The position numbers and the translations under genes were made by a program. This document shows, piece by piece, positions 1 through 10,431 of a stretch of DNA of 64,000 nucleotides (position 1 is the stretch's first letter; every line of letters begins with the position of its first letter). The notes beneath the pieces were generated by a model. That model made no database searches. It had not been told where the DNA came from and worked only from the letters and a program-made list of their open reading frames with translations. The stretch covers positions 1 to 64,000 of the forward strand of contig CAVTUQ010000039.1 of NCBI GenBank assembly GCA_963737905.1. Reading direction: 5' to 3'. This DNA is from an uncultured delta proteobacterium (GTDB lineage Bacteria; Desulfobacterota; Binatia; UBA9968).

Positions 1-753
1 ACTCAGTTTCCGTCCCCACGGCATGTTCTTCTCCACAGCCATGACGGCTGCCAGCACCAGCATCCACGCGACATTGCCGACGCCCACGGCAAACATCAAG
101 AGCATCAACGCCCAGCAGCACCCCATGCAAAAAATCCCATGATTGATACCAAGCAACAGTGCGTTGCGCCGATCATGACGACCACGCCAATATTCCATGA
201 CAAAACTCAATGGCGCGCGGCATTTATCCAGACAGCGGTATTTCAAACGGCTAAACTGAAACCCCCCAGCTAGAAGTAGGGTGCCCGCTCCGATGATCCA
301 GGCATTCGCTTCAAGCCAGGAAATGCGCTCGACAACTTGATGCACCAACCAATCAAATGTGTGGGCAGCAATCCCGAATCCCATCCATACGACTAGATAA
401 CCCGCAATCGCCAGGGCCATAAGCTGCGATTGCTCTTGCCGCCGGGCAGTTAGCCGACGAAAGATCTCCAGCAACGGCAACGTCGTCGGCAACATCATGG
501 CGACCGTCATGAGCGTCCAACCGACAAGGTAAAGCGTAATCGGTATAAGCAGCGAGCCCGTGCCGATCTCTCCCAGTTGTTGATGATCGAGGTAGCGGCC
601 ATAGGGCGATCGGCCCCAGATCCATAGGGCCAACCAAGCTGAGACGACCAATGAGCCTATTAAACATAGGAAAGGTCCACGGTCGGATAAGGAAAACGGG
701 ATGCCGGAGTATGGGGATATTGGAGCGTTGGATTTTGAATGTATCACCGCCAT
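1..753 (-). CDS. DUF2182 family predicted metal-binding membrane protein, copy 1 (runs off the window edge)
   Basis: ATG at 753, frame open to position 1 (ends ...GRKLS). Near-identical to ORF 2730..3482, with W-TLM-VAMMLP, KYRCLDKCRAP and GCCWALM motifs. Confidence 0.85.
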   Translation of the reverse strand, partial: MAVIHSKSNAPISPYSGIPFSLSDRGPFLCLIGSLVVSAWLALWIWGRSPYGRYLDHQQLGEIGTGSLLIPITLYLVGWTLMTVAMMLPTTLPLLEIFRRLTARRQEQSQLMALAIAGYLVVWMGFGIAAHTFDWLVHQVVERISWLEANAWIIGAGTLLLAGGFQFSRLKYRCLDKCRAPLSFVMEYWRGRHDRRNALLLGINHGIFCMGCCWALMLLMFAVGVGNVAWMLVLAAVMAVEKNMPWGRKLS

Positions 754-841
754 TACTCCGGTGCTTCAGTCTGCTACCGTTTGCTACCAAGTACGCTCGC
801 TGGCCGGCTGACTTCCGTTTAGCGACATGCCAACCGATGGC

Positions 842-1444
842 TCAACTCTGGAAAACAAAATTCCCCTGAATCGCGTTGTGGTCTTTGAGATCAATGTTTT
901 GCCCCAATGCGGCGTTATTCATTTTGAACTTCGTAGCTTTGGCCACATAGGCGGGTGAACCCGGAATCGTCGAAAATATGGAATCGCGAAGCGTTGTCAC
1001 GTCGCCATTGGGACCACGGAAAGGCTCCATCTCGCAGTCAGCGATACTCCCGATCCGCAGCGTCCCCTTTCCCTCCTTAACCTCGAAAGTGATGGGCGAC
1101 CGCTCGACGGCAACCACCTCCCCAATCAACTGCACAAGATCCGCGATCGGACCTCCCTGTTTGCCGGTATAGACGCTGAGGAGCGCTTCTTCCTGTTGCT
1201 TCGTGGCCCGTTGGTCTATGTGGACGACGGCGCGCCAGTTACCTTTCAGAATGTTTCCGGGGATATGTACGATGAACGCCAAGGTGAGGCCCGATACATC
1301 CACATTGTCGATTTGTCCTTTTTCGAAATGATGCGCCAAGGCGGAGTCGCAGGTTCCCCTGTCCGGGTCCACGCCGATCCAGCAAGGACACAAGACCTCG
1401 CAGTTGCAAACTTCGAGAAGACTTCCTTCAAGCTTATAAGCCAT
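842..1444 (-). CDS. DUF1326 family protein, copy 1
   Basis: LLEVCNCEVLCPC motif, AAGGAGG RBS, usual pairing upstream of DUF2182. Confidence 0.85.
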   Translation of the reverse strand: MAYKLEGSLLEVCNCEVLCPCWIGVDPDRGTCDSALAHHFEKGQIDNVDVSGLTLAFIVHIPGNILKGNWRAVVHIDQRATKQQEEALLSVYTGKQGGPIADLVQLIGEVVAVERSPITFEVKEGKGTLRIGSIADCEMEPFRGPNGDVTTLRDSIFSTIPGSPAYVAKATKFKMNNAALGQNIDLKDHNAIQGNFVFQS

Positions 1445-1828
1445 AGATCCTCCTTTTCGACGGATTCATTGGTAAACGAACCCGTGGTGATTGATTGACC
1501 GCAAAATCTCTGCGGCGAAATAGTATTGCGTCCGCCCGTAAGAAGCGTTCCGGCCAACGCTTAACCAACATTGCCATTCCTTAATGTCGCCCGTGATACG
1601 TCGAAGTCTTGTCAACGATGGAACACGACTACTCAGCTATCAAATATTAAAGACAATGTCGATCCGAGACGAACGGTCGAAGAAGAAGCCTGCACGCTTC
1701 ATTGGGCCCGTCTACGGCCAGCGTCCATTCGCGCTTAGCAAGCCGAAGCAGGGTACGGCGAGTTTTTGAACCGTCTCTAAAAAGCATGACACCTGCTGAG
1801 TGCCTAGAACCAGGGAATGGGTGCGGAA

Positions 1829-2458
1829 TTAGCGCCGATAGGCCAGCATGATTCCGTCCCGAATGGGAAGCAGAACGTTTTCGACCCTCTGGTCTTTTCG
1901 AATGCGATCGTTAAGAGCGGCAACAGTCCGTGTGTCCTGATCCCGCGGGCTGAGAACACGCCCGCCGCGCAGCATATTATCCAGCACGATAAGCCCGCCC
2001 GGACGCACCAGATCGATGGCCCGGTCGTAATAATCATCGTAACTTCCCTTATCCGCGTCGATAAAACAGAGATCAAACGGCCCGTTCAAGGCTTTCAGGG
2101 TTTCCCTTGCCGGACCCAGCTTGATCTCGATCTTGTGCCCGTGTGGGCTCTCGGCAAAATAGCGCCGCGCGATTTCAGTGGTCTCGGGATTGACATCACA
2201 AGTAATGAGTTGCCCATCCTCTGGCAAGGCTTCTGCCATAGCCAGCGCGCTGTAGCCGGTGAACATGCCGATCTCAAGGACCCGCTTCGCTCCCGTTAAC
2301 CGAATCAGCAATTTCAACAGCGCCCCTTCCAGAGGACCGACCATCATACCGGGATTTTCGGTCTTTTGATGAGTTTCCTTCCAAAGGCGCCCATGAAGAG
2401 CCGAAAGAGCGCGCGTATGACGCTCCGCATATTCCTCAATCTGCTCAAACGAAGCCAT
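1829..2458 (-). CDS. Class I SAM-dependent O-methyltransferase (caffeoyl-CoA OMT-like), copy 1
   Basis: VLEIGMFTGYSAL, FDLCFIDADK and LIVLDNML motifs. GGAGG RBS before the ATG at 2458. Confidence 0.9.
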   Translation of the reverse strand: MASFEQIEEYAERHTRALSALHGRLWKETHQKTENPGMMVGPLEGALLKLLIRLTGAKRVLEIGMFTGYSALAMAEALPEDGQLITCDVNPETTEIARRYFAESPHGHKIEIKLGPARETLKALNGPFDLCFIDADKGSYDDYYDRAIDLVRPGGLIVLDNMLRGGRVLSPRDQDTRTVAALNDRIRKDQRVENVLLPIRDGIMLAYRR

Positions 2459-2560
2459 ACGAAACCTCCAATGCTGTTTCTTTCCCATCCAAAGATAGCG
2501 TAAATGCGGGCCGCTGCTAGTGGCTCGGCGGAGCTCAACTCACGTTAAGTCAGATTTTAT

Positions 2561-2734
2561 TCAGGAGTCTGCCACGTACCGCAGGATGTCCGTTTCGGTA
2601 AGCAATCCGATAAGTTTTTGGCCTTCTACCACCGGAAGACAACCTATCTTTTTGTCAATCATCAAGCGAGCGGCCTCTTTCACGGAAGCATCCGGCGATA
2701 TCGTGATAACATGTTCGGTCATCACTTCCTTAAT
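2561..2734 (-). pseudogene. C-terminal CBS-domain fragment at the duplication junction
   Basis: Translates IKEVMTEHVITISPDASVKEAARLMIDKKIGCLPVVEGQKLIGLLTETDILRYVADS*. No start codon context; abuts the truncated DUF2182 copy 2. Confidence 0.8.
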
Positions 2735-3482
2735 TCAGTTTCCGTCCCCATGGCATGTTCTTCTCCACGGCCATGACGGCCGCCAGCACCAACATCCACG
2801 CGACATTGCCGACGCCCACGGCAAACATCAAGAGCATCAACGCCCAACAGCACCCCACACAAAAAATCCCATGATTTATACCAAGCAACAGTGCGTTGCG
2901 CCTATCATGACGACCACGCCAATATTCCATGACAAAACTCAATGGCGCGCGGCATTTATCCAGACAGCGGTATTTCAAACGGCTAAACTGAAACCCCCCA
3001 GCTAGAAGTAGGGTGCCCGCTCCGATGATCCAGGCATTCGCTTCAAGCCAGGAAATGCGCTCGACAACTTGATGCAGCACCCAATCAAATGTGTGGGCGG
3101 CAATCCCGAATCCCATCCATACGACTAGATAACCCGCAATCGCCAGGGCCATAAGCTGCGATTGCTCTTGCCGCCGGGCAGTTAGCCGACGAAAGATCTC
3201 CAGCAACGGTAACGTCGTCGGCAACATCATGGCGACCGTCATGAGCGTCCAACCGACAAGGTAAAGCGTGACCGGTAGAAGCAGCGCGCCCGTGCTGATC
3301 TCTGCCAGTTGTTGATGATCGAGGTAGCGGCCATAGGGCGATCGACCCCAGATCCATAAGGCTAACCAAGCTGAGACGACCAATGAGCCTATTAGACCTA
3401 AGAAAGGTCCACGATCGGAGGAGGGAAATGGCGTGTCGTCGGAGTATGGGGATATGGGAGTGTTGGGTTTTGAATGCATCAC
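2730..3482 (-). CDS. DUF2182 family membrane protein, copy 2 (C-terminally truncated at the junction)
   Basis: Same motifs as copy 1. Ends GRKLN* exactly where the CBS fragment begins, whereas copy 1 reads GRKLS with no stop before the edge. Confidence 0.8.
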   Translation of the reverse strand: MMHSKPNTPISPYSDDTPFPSSDRGPFLGLIGSLVVSAWLALWIWGRSPYGRYLDHQQLAEISTGALLLPVTLYLVGWTLMTVAMMLPTTLPLLEIFRRLTARRQEQSQLMALAIAGYLVVWMGFGIAAHTFDWVLHQVVERISWLEANAWIIGAGTLLLAGGFQFSRLKYRCLDKCRAPLSFVMEYWRGRHDRRNALLLGINHGIFCVGCCWALMLLMFAVGVGNVAWMLVLAAVMAVEKNMPWGRKLN

Positions 3483-3569
3483 CGCCGTTACTCCATCCCT
3501 CCGATGCTACAGCCTGTCACCGTTTGCCGCGAAGTGCGCTCACTGCCCGCTGACTTGCCAATCGATGGC

Positions 3570-4172
3570 TCAACTCTGGAAAACAAAATTCCCTTGAATC
3601 GCATTGTGGTCTTTAAGATCAATGTTTTGCCCCAATGCGGCGTTATTCATTTTGAACTTCGTCGCTTTGGCCACATAGGCGGGTGAACCCGGAATCGTCG
3701 AAAATATGGAATCGCGGAGCGTTGTCACCGCGCCATTGGGACCACGGAAAGGTTCCATCTCGCAGTCAGCGATACTCCCGATCCGCAGCATCCCCTTTCC
3801 CTCCTTAACCTCGAAAGTGATGGGCGACCGCTCGACGGCAACCACCTCACCAATCAACTGCACAAGATCTGCGATCGGACCTCCCTGTTTGCCGGTATAG
3901 ACGCTGAGGAGCGCCTCTTCCTGTTGCTTCGTGGCCCGTTGGTCTATGTGGACGACGGCGCGCCAGTTACCTTTCAGGATGTTTCCGGGGATATGCACGA
4001 TGAACGCCATGGTGAGGCCCGATACATCCACATTGTCGATTTGTCCTTTTTCGAAATGATGTGCCAAGGCGGAGTCGCAAGTTCCCCTGTCCGGATCCAC
4101 GCCGATCCAGCAAGGACACAAAACCTCGCAATTGCAAACTTCGAGAAGACTTCCTTCAAGCTTATAAGCCAT
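3570..4172 (-). CDS. DUF1326 family protein, copy 2
   Basis: Differs from 842..1444 at only a few residues. ATG at 4172 with AAGGAG RBS. Confidence 0.85.
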   Translation of the reverse strand: MAYKLEGSLLEVCNCEVLCPCWIGVDPDRGTCDSALAHHFEKGQIDNVDVSGLTMAFIVHIPGNILKGNWRAVVHIDQRATKQQEEALLSVYTGKQGGPIADLVQLIGEVVAVERSPITFEVKEGKGMLRIGSIADCEMEPFRGPNGAVTTLRDSIFSTIPGSPAYVAKATKFKMNNAALGQNIDLKDHNAIQGNFVFQS

Positions 4173-4526
4173 AGATTCTCCTTTTCGATGGTAAACGAAC
4201 CCGCGCTGATTGATTGACCGCAAAATCTCTGCGGCGAAATAGTATTGCGTCCGCCCGTAAGAAGCGTTTCGGCCAACGTTTAACCAACATTGCCATTTCT
4301 TAATGTCGCCCGTGATACCTCGAAGTCTTATCAACGCTGAGCACTACTATCAAATATCCAAAACAATGTCGATCCGAGACAGACGGTTCAACAAGGGGCC
4401 TGCATACTTCATCGGGCCCATCGACGGCCACCGTCCATTCGCGCTCAGCGGGTCGAAACACAAGGGTACGGAGAGTTTGGGCAGTCTCTAAGTGCATGAC
4501 ACAAGCTTCAGTGCAGGGCATAGGAA

Positions 4527-5156
4527 TCAGCGCCGATAGGCCAGCATGATTCCATCCCGAATGGGAAGCAGAACGTTTTCGACCCTCTGGTCTTTTCGAA
4601 TGCGATCGTTAAGAGCGGCAACAGTCCGTGTGTCCTGATCCCGCGGGCTGAGAACGCGCCCGCCACGCAGCATATTATCCAGGACGATGAGCCCGCCCGG
4701 ACGCACCAGATCGATGGCCCGGTCGTAATAATCATCGTAACTTCCCTTATCCGCATCGATAAAACAGAGATCAAACGGCCCGTTCAAGGCTTTCAGAGTT
4801 TCCCTTGCCGGACCCAGCTTGATCTCGATCTTGTGCCCGTGTGGGCTCTCAGCAAAATAGCGCCGCGCGATTTCAGTGGTCTCGGGATTGACATCACAAG
4901 TAATGAGTTGCCCATCCTCTGGCAAGGCTTCTGCCATAGCCAGCGCGCTGTAGCCGGTGAACATGCCGATCTCAAGGACCCGCTTCGCTCCCGTTAGCCG
5001 AATCAGCAATTTCAACAACGCCCCTTCCAGAGGACCGACCATCATACCGGGATTTTCGGTCTTTTGATGAGTTTCCTTCCAAAGGCGCCCATGAAGAGCC
5101 GAAAGAGCGCGCGTATGACGCTCCGCATATTCCTCAATCTGCTCAAACGAAGCCAT
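4527..5156 (-). CDS. Class I SAM-dependent O-methyltransferase, copy 2
   Basis: Protein identical to copy 1 in the ORF track; the DNA differences are synonymous. Confidence 0.9.
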   Translation of the reverse strand: MASFEQIEEYAERHTRALSALHGRLWKETHQKTENPGMMVGPLEGALLKLLIRLTGAKRVLEIGMFTGYSALAMAEALPEDGQLITCDVNPETTEIARRYFAESPHGHKIEIKLGPARETLKALNGPFDLCFIDADKGSYDDYYDRAIDLVRPGGLIVLDNMLRGGRVLSPRDQDTRTVAALNDRIRKDQRVENVLLPIRDGIMLAYRR

Positions 5157-5258
5157 ACGAAACCTCCAATGCTGTTTCTTTCCCATCCAAAGATAGCGTA
5201 AATACGGGCCGCTGCTAAGGCCTCGGCGGAGCTCAACTCACGTTAAGTCAGATTTTAT

Positions 5259-5418
5259 TCAGGAGTCTGCCATGTATCGCAGGATGTCCGTTTCAGTGAG
5301 CAATCCGATAAGTTTTTAACCTTCTACCACCGGAAGACAACCTATCTTTTTGTTCATCAAGCGAGCGGCTCTTTCAGGAAGCGTCCGGCGATATCGTGAT
5401 AACATGTTCGGTCATCAT
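5259..5418 (-). pseudogene. Degraded CBS-domain fragment, copy 2
   Basis: Aligns with 2561..2725 but carries several small deletions. Confidence 0.7.
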
Positions 5419-6309
5419 TGATTAGACCTCAGCCACCCCCCAATTTGCTCAGATTTCATTCAAGCAGAAATCAGTTCAATCCTGGCATCGCCGCTCTTGG
5501 GCATAGCTCAACTGTGACAGCAGCAGTGATAAGGACACCACTAAGCCGGCAGCCAGACCCTTTAGAACAGAGCGCGAATACATAAAGCCTCCTTTGTAAT
5601 GTTGCCTAACGTATTACGTTTTATCCCTAAAGCGCTGGACGCAATCAAGTTTGGCACAGATTGCCAAGTGACGATAAGGGGATAAATGGGTTGGACGAAA
5701 CCGCGACGTCAACGTTACTCCCCCCGGCCATACGCGCTTTTTTACTGCGATTCATTGCCGGTTGTCCAGAACCTTTTTTCTTACCCTTCGCTCATCGGAC
5801 AATCCGCCTAGAGTTTCAACCGGGCCAGCTCACCGAACTTGCGAGCACCGACTTTGGCTCGTGGGCTAAAGAGAGCTTCGAGATTGCCCCGTCGATTGCT
5901 TAGCGTGACGAAACTTATAGGGATTCCGAGAGGCGGAAATAAGGACTTCTCCACCATGGGCGAAGCACGAGCTGATAGGGGAGCGGTGCAGTAGCTGGCC
6001 AGGATTAGGTTGGTCAGGATTGTGAAGTAGCCGAGCATTCTGAAGACGGTGAATGCTGCGCTTAGACTCTCTCCACCCAGACCACCGTAAAACCGTTAGG
6101 ATTAAACTGAACGTGTGAGGTCTCACGCAAGATTGGCTCGTAGGAGAATTCGATTCAATCCGCCTTTGTAATTCTATTGGCAAGAGACCCCCCATGCGAC
6201 TCTTCAGCCAAAGTTAACTAACTAGATGACCAAATCGGGCCGCCCGGCACTGAATGAGTTTGCAAAAACCATTGACACTGTTACTGATCTATATAACTAA
6301 CGAGAGCTT

Positions 6310-7119
6310 ATGCTCATAAGAGTATTTCTTGCCCTGAGTGGCATCTCTTCCTACGTAAAGAAGTTGCTCTGGAAGCAATGGTATCAATTTTTGGCCGGTC
6401 GTCATCAGACAAAAGATTGGTCATTTATGAATTACGGTTACGCCCCCTTACACGATCACTCTGACACGGTGAAATTGGATGAAGCAGATGAGCCTAACCG
6501 TTATTTCATCCAGTTATATCACCATGTCGTGAGTGCTGTAGATTTAACGAATCGAGATGTGTTGGAAATCGGTAGCGGGCGCGGGGGAGGCGCATCTTAT
6601 ATTAAACGGTATTTGAAACCGAAAGCGTTGACCGGGATCGATTTTTCAGACAAAGCCATTCAATTCTGTAAACACACTCATGACATGGACGGGCTATCAT
6701 TCATCAAGGGGGATGCTGAATCATTATCTTTCGATGCTGGACGCTTTGACGTTGTAATCAACATTGAATCGTCGCATTGCTATGGCTCCATGGAAACTTT
6801 TCTTGCACACGCGAAAAGAGTGCTTCGTCACGACGGATATCTTCTCTACGCTGATTTTCGCAACAAAAATGATGTCGAAGTACTACATCGCCAAATGGAG
6901 AGGTCGGGCATGAAGATTCTCAAACGAGAAAATATTACACCGAACGTTGTCAAGTCATTGGATTTGGACAATTAAAGAAAACTTCTAATTATTCGAGCTT
7001 TCTTTCAAAATTGGCTATTGAAACTCTTTCAAGAATTCGCGGGCGTGAAAGGATCGAAGATCTACGTGGGCTTCCAGAGTGGCACGATGATTTATCTGCA
7101 TTATGTTCTGCAGAAATGA
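6310..7119 (+). pseudogene. SAM-dependent methyltransferase (Rv2952/Fmt-like) interrupted by in-frame TAA at 6973-6975
   Basis: FMNYGY, VLEIGSGRGGG and NIESSHCY motifs. The frame continues after TAA as RKLL...FQEFAGVKGSKIY...YLHYVLQK*, a family-typical C-terminus. Confidence 0.7.
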
Positions 7120-7238
7120 TTGGCAGCCCGAACCCCGTTTATTTTCTAGTTTTCGCACAACGCACCGTAAGCGACCCCCGTTCCGGCTCCCATGAAGGAC
7201 CAAGAACTTGCACTCCATCAGTCATGGGCTGCCAGCAA

Positions 7239-8078
7239 TTACTCCAGCAGAAATTCTATCCTTGGGCGACCTGCATTCGTCCAACGCACGCCGTCGAAAA
7301 AGAAAATATGGGTTGTAGCTGGAGTAACAACCGGTGCCAGTGCGTCATTTCCTCCAACAATGGCGTAATTCCCACTGATCGAGACCGCATACCCAAATCC
7401 CTTTGAAGGGTTATTGTCGGAAGTGAGAAACGGTGCCTGTTCGCTCCATCCCGTCGCGTTACGCTTGAAAATATACGCTCTGTTTGTGGCGCCAACGATG
7501 GCGAGATCGCTGCTTATGGAAACGGACTGCCCGAATCTGTTGTCAAACACCTGACCGAAGTTATTACTGGGCTCGATGATCTGTTCTAACACCCAATTCG
7601 AACCATCATAATGGTAGATGAATGCCTTACTTTTCCCATAGCCGTCATAAGCCGAAGCGCCGACGATCGCGTATGTTCCGTCTATCGCGACGGATTCGGC
7701 GAAGTGAAGAGCATCATTCGCGGGGTTTGGCAAAGTGAAGTTGGCTTGCTCTATCCAGGCCGACTGTGTCTTTTTGTACAAGTAGACTTTAGCGTCATAG
7801 GGGTTGTCTGCTGGAGCTCCGACCACCGCGAAATCGCTACTAATTGCCACCTTAGAGCCGAAGGAGTCAGGGTCTTTTGCTTTGCTTCCCGCAGGGTTCA
7901 TCAATGAATACACGGGATGAGTCCACAAGGCGAGAATCAAAAACGGGACCAGCAACATATAAACTCGCATCGACTTTGAGAATTTATCTATCGTTGACCC
8001 TAGGGCAACGGAAAGATGCATCGACCGAAGTAATGCGGCGGATGCAGGCGTGATGGAACGAGGGGCTTTCATGGGCAT
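7239..8078 (-). CDS. FG-GAP repeat (beta-propeller) protein, probably secreted and truncated
   Basis: Four FG-x-xV(A/S)IS-x-x-A(I/V)VG-like repeats and a hydrophobic N-terminal segment. Too few blades for a full propeller. Confidence 0.7.
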   Translation of the reverse strand: MPMKAPRSITPASAALLRSMHLSVALGSTIDKFSKSMRVYMLLVPFLILALWTHPVYSLMNPAGSKAKDPDSFGSKVAISSDFAVVGAPADNPYDAKVYLYKKTQSAWIEQANFTLPNPANDALHFAESVAIDGTYAIVGASAYDGYGKSKAFIYHYDGSNWVLEQIIEPSNNFGQVFDNRFGQSVSISSDLAIVGATNRAYIFKRNATGWSEQAPFLTSDNNPSKGFGYAVSISGNYAIVGGNDALAPVVTPATTHIFFFDGVRWTNAGRPRIEFLLE

Positions 8079-8134
8079 CTCCTTTCGTTATTATAAAGCA
8101 GAGGCTCCAAATTTAATCTTCCTTCTTCTTTCAT

Positions 8135-8151
8135 CGCAACGCGTGTGCCAG
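8135..8151 (-). promoter_or_regulatory. Putative sigma-54 (-24/-12) promoter
   Basis: CTGGCACACGCGTTGCG: GG-N10-GC about 60 nt upstream of the FG-GAP gene. Confidence 0.6.
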
Positions 8152-8309
8152 AGATAAAAGCTAGAGAAATTGAAGTCCTGCAATGGGATAGCGTATAAGA
8201 GTAGATCTTTTTTGATACAGGGGAGTGTCAGATTCGATTCAGTTCGTGGTGGAAAACACTGAACACTTCTTAGACGAGTTCGTGATAGCGGGGTCCCATA
8301 TTGTCAGCG

Positions 8310-8640
8310 AGGACGATGAGATATCAGTTCCCTAGCACCAGGACTGCGTCAGCTCCGTCCTTGCCTGCGGCTCGGAATGCGGGCTCAATATCCTTGGGAC
8401 CTCTTACTTCCAGGTATTGAAGCTGCACCCGGAAGGCATTTGAGGCCGGGTTGAGCTCCTTCAACGATTGTGGGTGCCCGGTCGGGTCACATCCCCAAGA
8501 AAGGCGACCCGGGAGATCCTGGGAACGATCTCCTTCAGAAGCTCCAGTTGCTTGCTTATCTCTGGAGCAAGCGTGGACAATCCAGTAATGTTTCCGCCTG
8601 GTCGCGCGAGGCTGGCCACGAAGTCGGGGTAGTCGTCCCC
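8310..8640 (-). pseudogene. Fragment of an ABC transporter substrate-binding protein (ABC_sub_bind type)
   Basis: FVASLARPGGNITGLS..KQLELLKEIVPRISRVA then, in another frame, VQLQYLEVRGPKDIEPAF. No N-terminus. Confidence 0.75.
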
Positions 8641-8800
8641 AGCAGGAAGACCAATTTCTCCTGAGATTGAACTGAACGACGGAAATTTACATGCATGTCG
8701 GAACCATCGATTGACAACGGTTTGCGCCAACACGCAGCCGCGGGCTTAGAAGGCAAACGAGATGATCCAACGGCTGGGGAAAATGAGTCGAGCAGGATTG

Positions 8801-10036
8801 CTAAAACCGCAACGCAATTTGGTGATCACCGTCGGCGTTATCTTCAGGCACGGCATTGACACAATACTGCTGAACATCGGCAGCGGTCAGATTCGGGCCG
8901 GGAGCCAGCAACGCTAACCGTTCCATTGCGTCGCGCAGCTCACGCACATTGCCGGGCCACGAATGGGCGAGCAGCGCCGGCACAAAGTCAGAAGCCCAGG
9001 GCATGATCGGCCGCTGATATTTTCCCCCGAATGACTCCAGGTAATAACGAGCCAATAGCGGAATATCATCACCCCGCTCCCGAAGCGGTGGAAGCGCCAA
9101 ATGAAAGATATTCAAGCGGTAAAAAAGATCCTGTATGAGTTTTCCTTCTTTGACGGCGCTAGCAGGCAAGCGATTCGTGGCAGCGACGACGCGGGCTGCG
9201 ACGGGAATACTTGCAGTGGCTCCGATCGGACGCACCTGTCCTTCTTCCAGGACTCGCAAAAACTTTGCCTGAACCTCCACCGCCATGTCGGTGATCTCGT
9301 CGAGGAAAAGGGTCCCACCGTCAGCTTGCTCGAAGGCGCCCGGGTGCCGCGCTAAAGCATTCGGGAATGCCCCCTTTTCATGACCAAAGAGTTCGCTCTC
9401 CATCAACGTCGGTGCCATTGCGGCACAATTCAGCGCCAAAAAAGTCCCCTCACGCCTTGGAGAGAGATCGTGAAGCGTGCGCGCGACAAGCTCCTTGCCA
9501 GTGCCGTTTTCACCACTCACCAGTACAGCGGCATCTGTAGCAGCTATTTGGCTCAGTCGTTGGTATACCTGGCGCATGGTTGCCGACTTGCCGATGAGTT
9601 CACCATAGGAGCCCAACGGGGAGACCAACTTCTGACGCAGCACGTTCGCCTCACGGGCAAATCCTACTTGCTTGAGTCCCTTCTCAAGTACCGCACGCAG
9701 CTTCGGCGACTCCAAAGGCTTCGGCAAATAGTCATAGGCGCCGAGCCTGATGGCTTGCACTGCGGTTTCGATCGTCGCCTGGCCTGTTAGCATTATAATC
9801 GCGACTTGATGCACGCGTTCATGTAAGGCCTCAATAAACTGCAGCCCGGTCATGCCAGGCATCATAAGGTCGCTTACAATCGCGTGAGGCAGATCCTGGT
9901 TGCACCTTTGCAGCGCAGCCTGACCGTTGGATACGGCCAAGGCGTGATACCCCCAGCTTTCCAGCAGTGCCGTCAAACCATCACGCGTAGCGGCATCATC
10001 ATCTACGACTAGAACGTTCGGACGCGGTCGAGCCAT
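8801..10036 (-). CDS. NtrC-family response regulator (receiver + AAA+) with degenerate GAFTGA and no obvious HTH
   Basis: VLVVDDD/SDLMMP receiver, GENGTGKE, ESELFGHEKGAFPNA, LFLDEI, DLFYRL and WPGNVREL motifs. Confidence 0.9.
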   Translation of the reverse strand: MARPRPNVLVVDDDAATRDGLTALLESWGYHALAVSNGQAALQRCNQDLPHAIVSDLMMPGMTGLQFIEALHERVHQVAIIMLTGQATIETAVQAIRLGAYDYLPKPLESPKLRAVLEKGLKQVGFAREANVLRQKLVSPLGSYGELIGKSATMRQVYQRLSQIAATDAAVLVSGENGTGKELVARTLHDLSPRREGTFLALNCAAMAPTLMESELFGHEKGAFPNALARHPGAFEQADGGTLFLDEITDMAVEVQAKFLRVLEEGQVRPIGATASIPVAARVVAATNRLPASAVKEGKLIQDLFYRLNIFHLALPPLRERGDDIPLLARYYLESFGGKYQRPIMPWASDFVPALLAHSWPGNVRELRDAMERLALLAPGPNLTAADVQQYCVNAVPEDNADGDHQIALRF

Positions 10037-10105
10037 AATCAGTCTTACCTCCAGAGGCAGCTTGGGCGGATGCCTCCTATGTGAACTGTATTACGCTCTC
10101 CAACC

Positions 10106-10122
10106 AGCAACGCGAATGCCAA
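10106..10122 (-). promoter_or_regulatory. Putative sigma-54 promoter
   Basis: TTGGCATTCGCGTTGCT: GG-N10-GC about 70 nt upstream of the response regulator. Confidence 0.65.
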
Positions 10123-10431
10123 GGTATTTCATCTGAGGTTTGGTAACTTCACGGTCTTTTAGGTAATGTTCTGTATCAACGCCTTGAATGATCAGAGGTG
10201 ATTCTCGCCGGATACCGGTTGGCGGTTTTTCTGACGCGGCTTCTTGAAAACTAGCGGGAAGTTGAGCGGGTATATTGGCCCTCGTCGTGGATTGCAATTT
10301 TATCGCTGGAGAATACACCCATATTGCAAGCCGCTTCCGACAAAGTGTCGTCTGGACCCATCACCATCTTCGCAGGAGTCAACTACTTTTGGACAAAGAC
10401 AGTGCTCTTCACAGGTCTCATTCGTGCCTTC

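Larger units (their letters stand above)
1..5418. repeat. Diverged direct tandem duplication, unit about 2.7 kb (1..~2725 and ~2733..5418)
   Basis: Collinear gene order and near-identical coding DNA in both units. Confidence 0.95.

Noticed and set aside
1445-1828. Long leader upstream of DUF1326, conserved in both copies; possible riboswitch
   Set aside because: Conservation is explained by the duplication, and no known aptamer motif was recognised. An Rfam scan would settle it.
5422-5583. Signal-peptide ORF with a strong RBS reading ...AQERRCQD-TGA-TDFC, a possible CxxU selenoprotein
   Set aside because: A second TGA follows nine codons later, there is no convincing hairpin or recognisable family, and it lies at the duplication edge. 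A decayed gene start is more likely.
5651-5665. TTGGCACAGATTGC resembling a sigma-54 promoter
   Set aside because: The GG-to-GC spacing is 8 nt rather than the required 10.
5808-6038. ORF with GYFTILTNL resembling a Pr6Pr-type membrane protein
   Set aside because: Only a short motif matches; too fragmentary to call.
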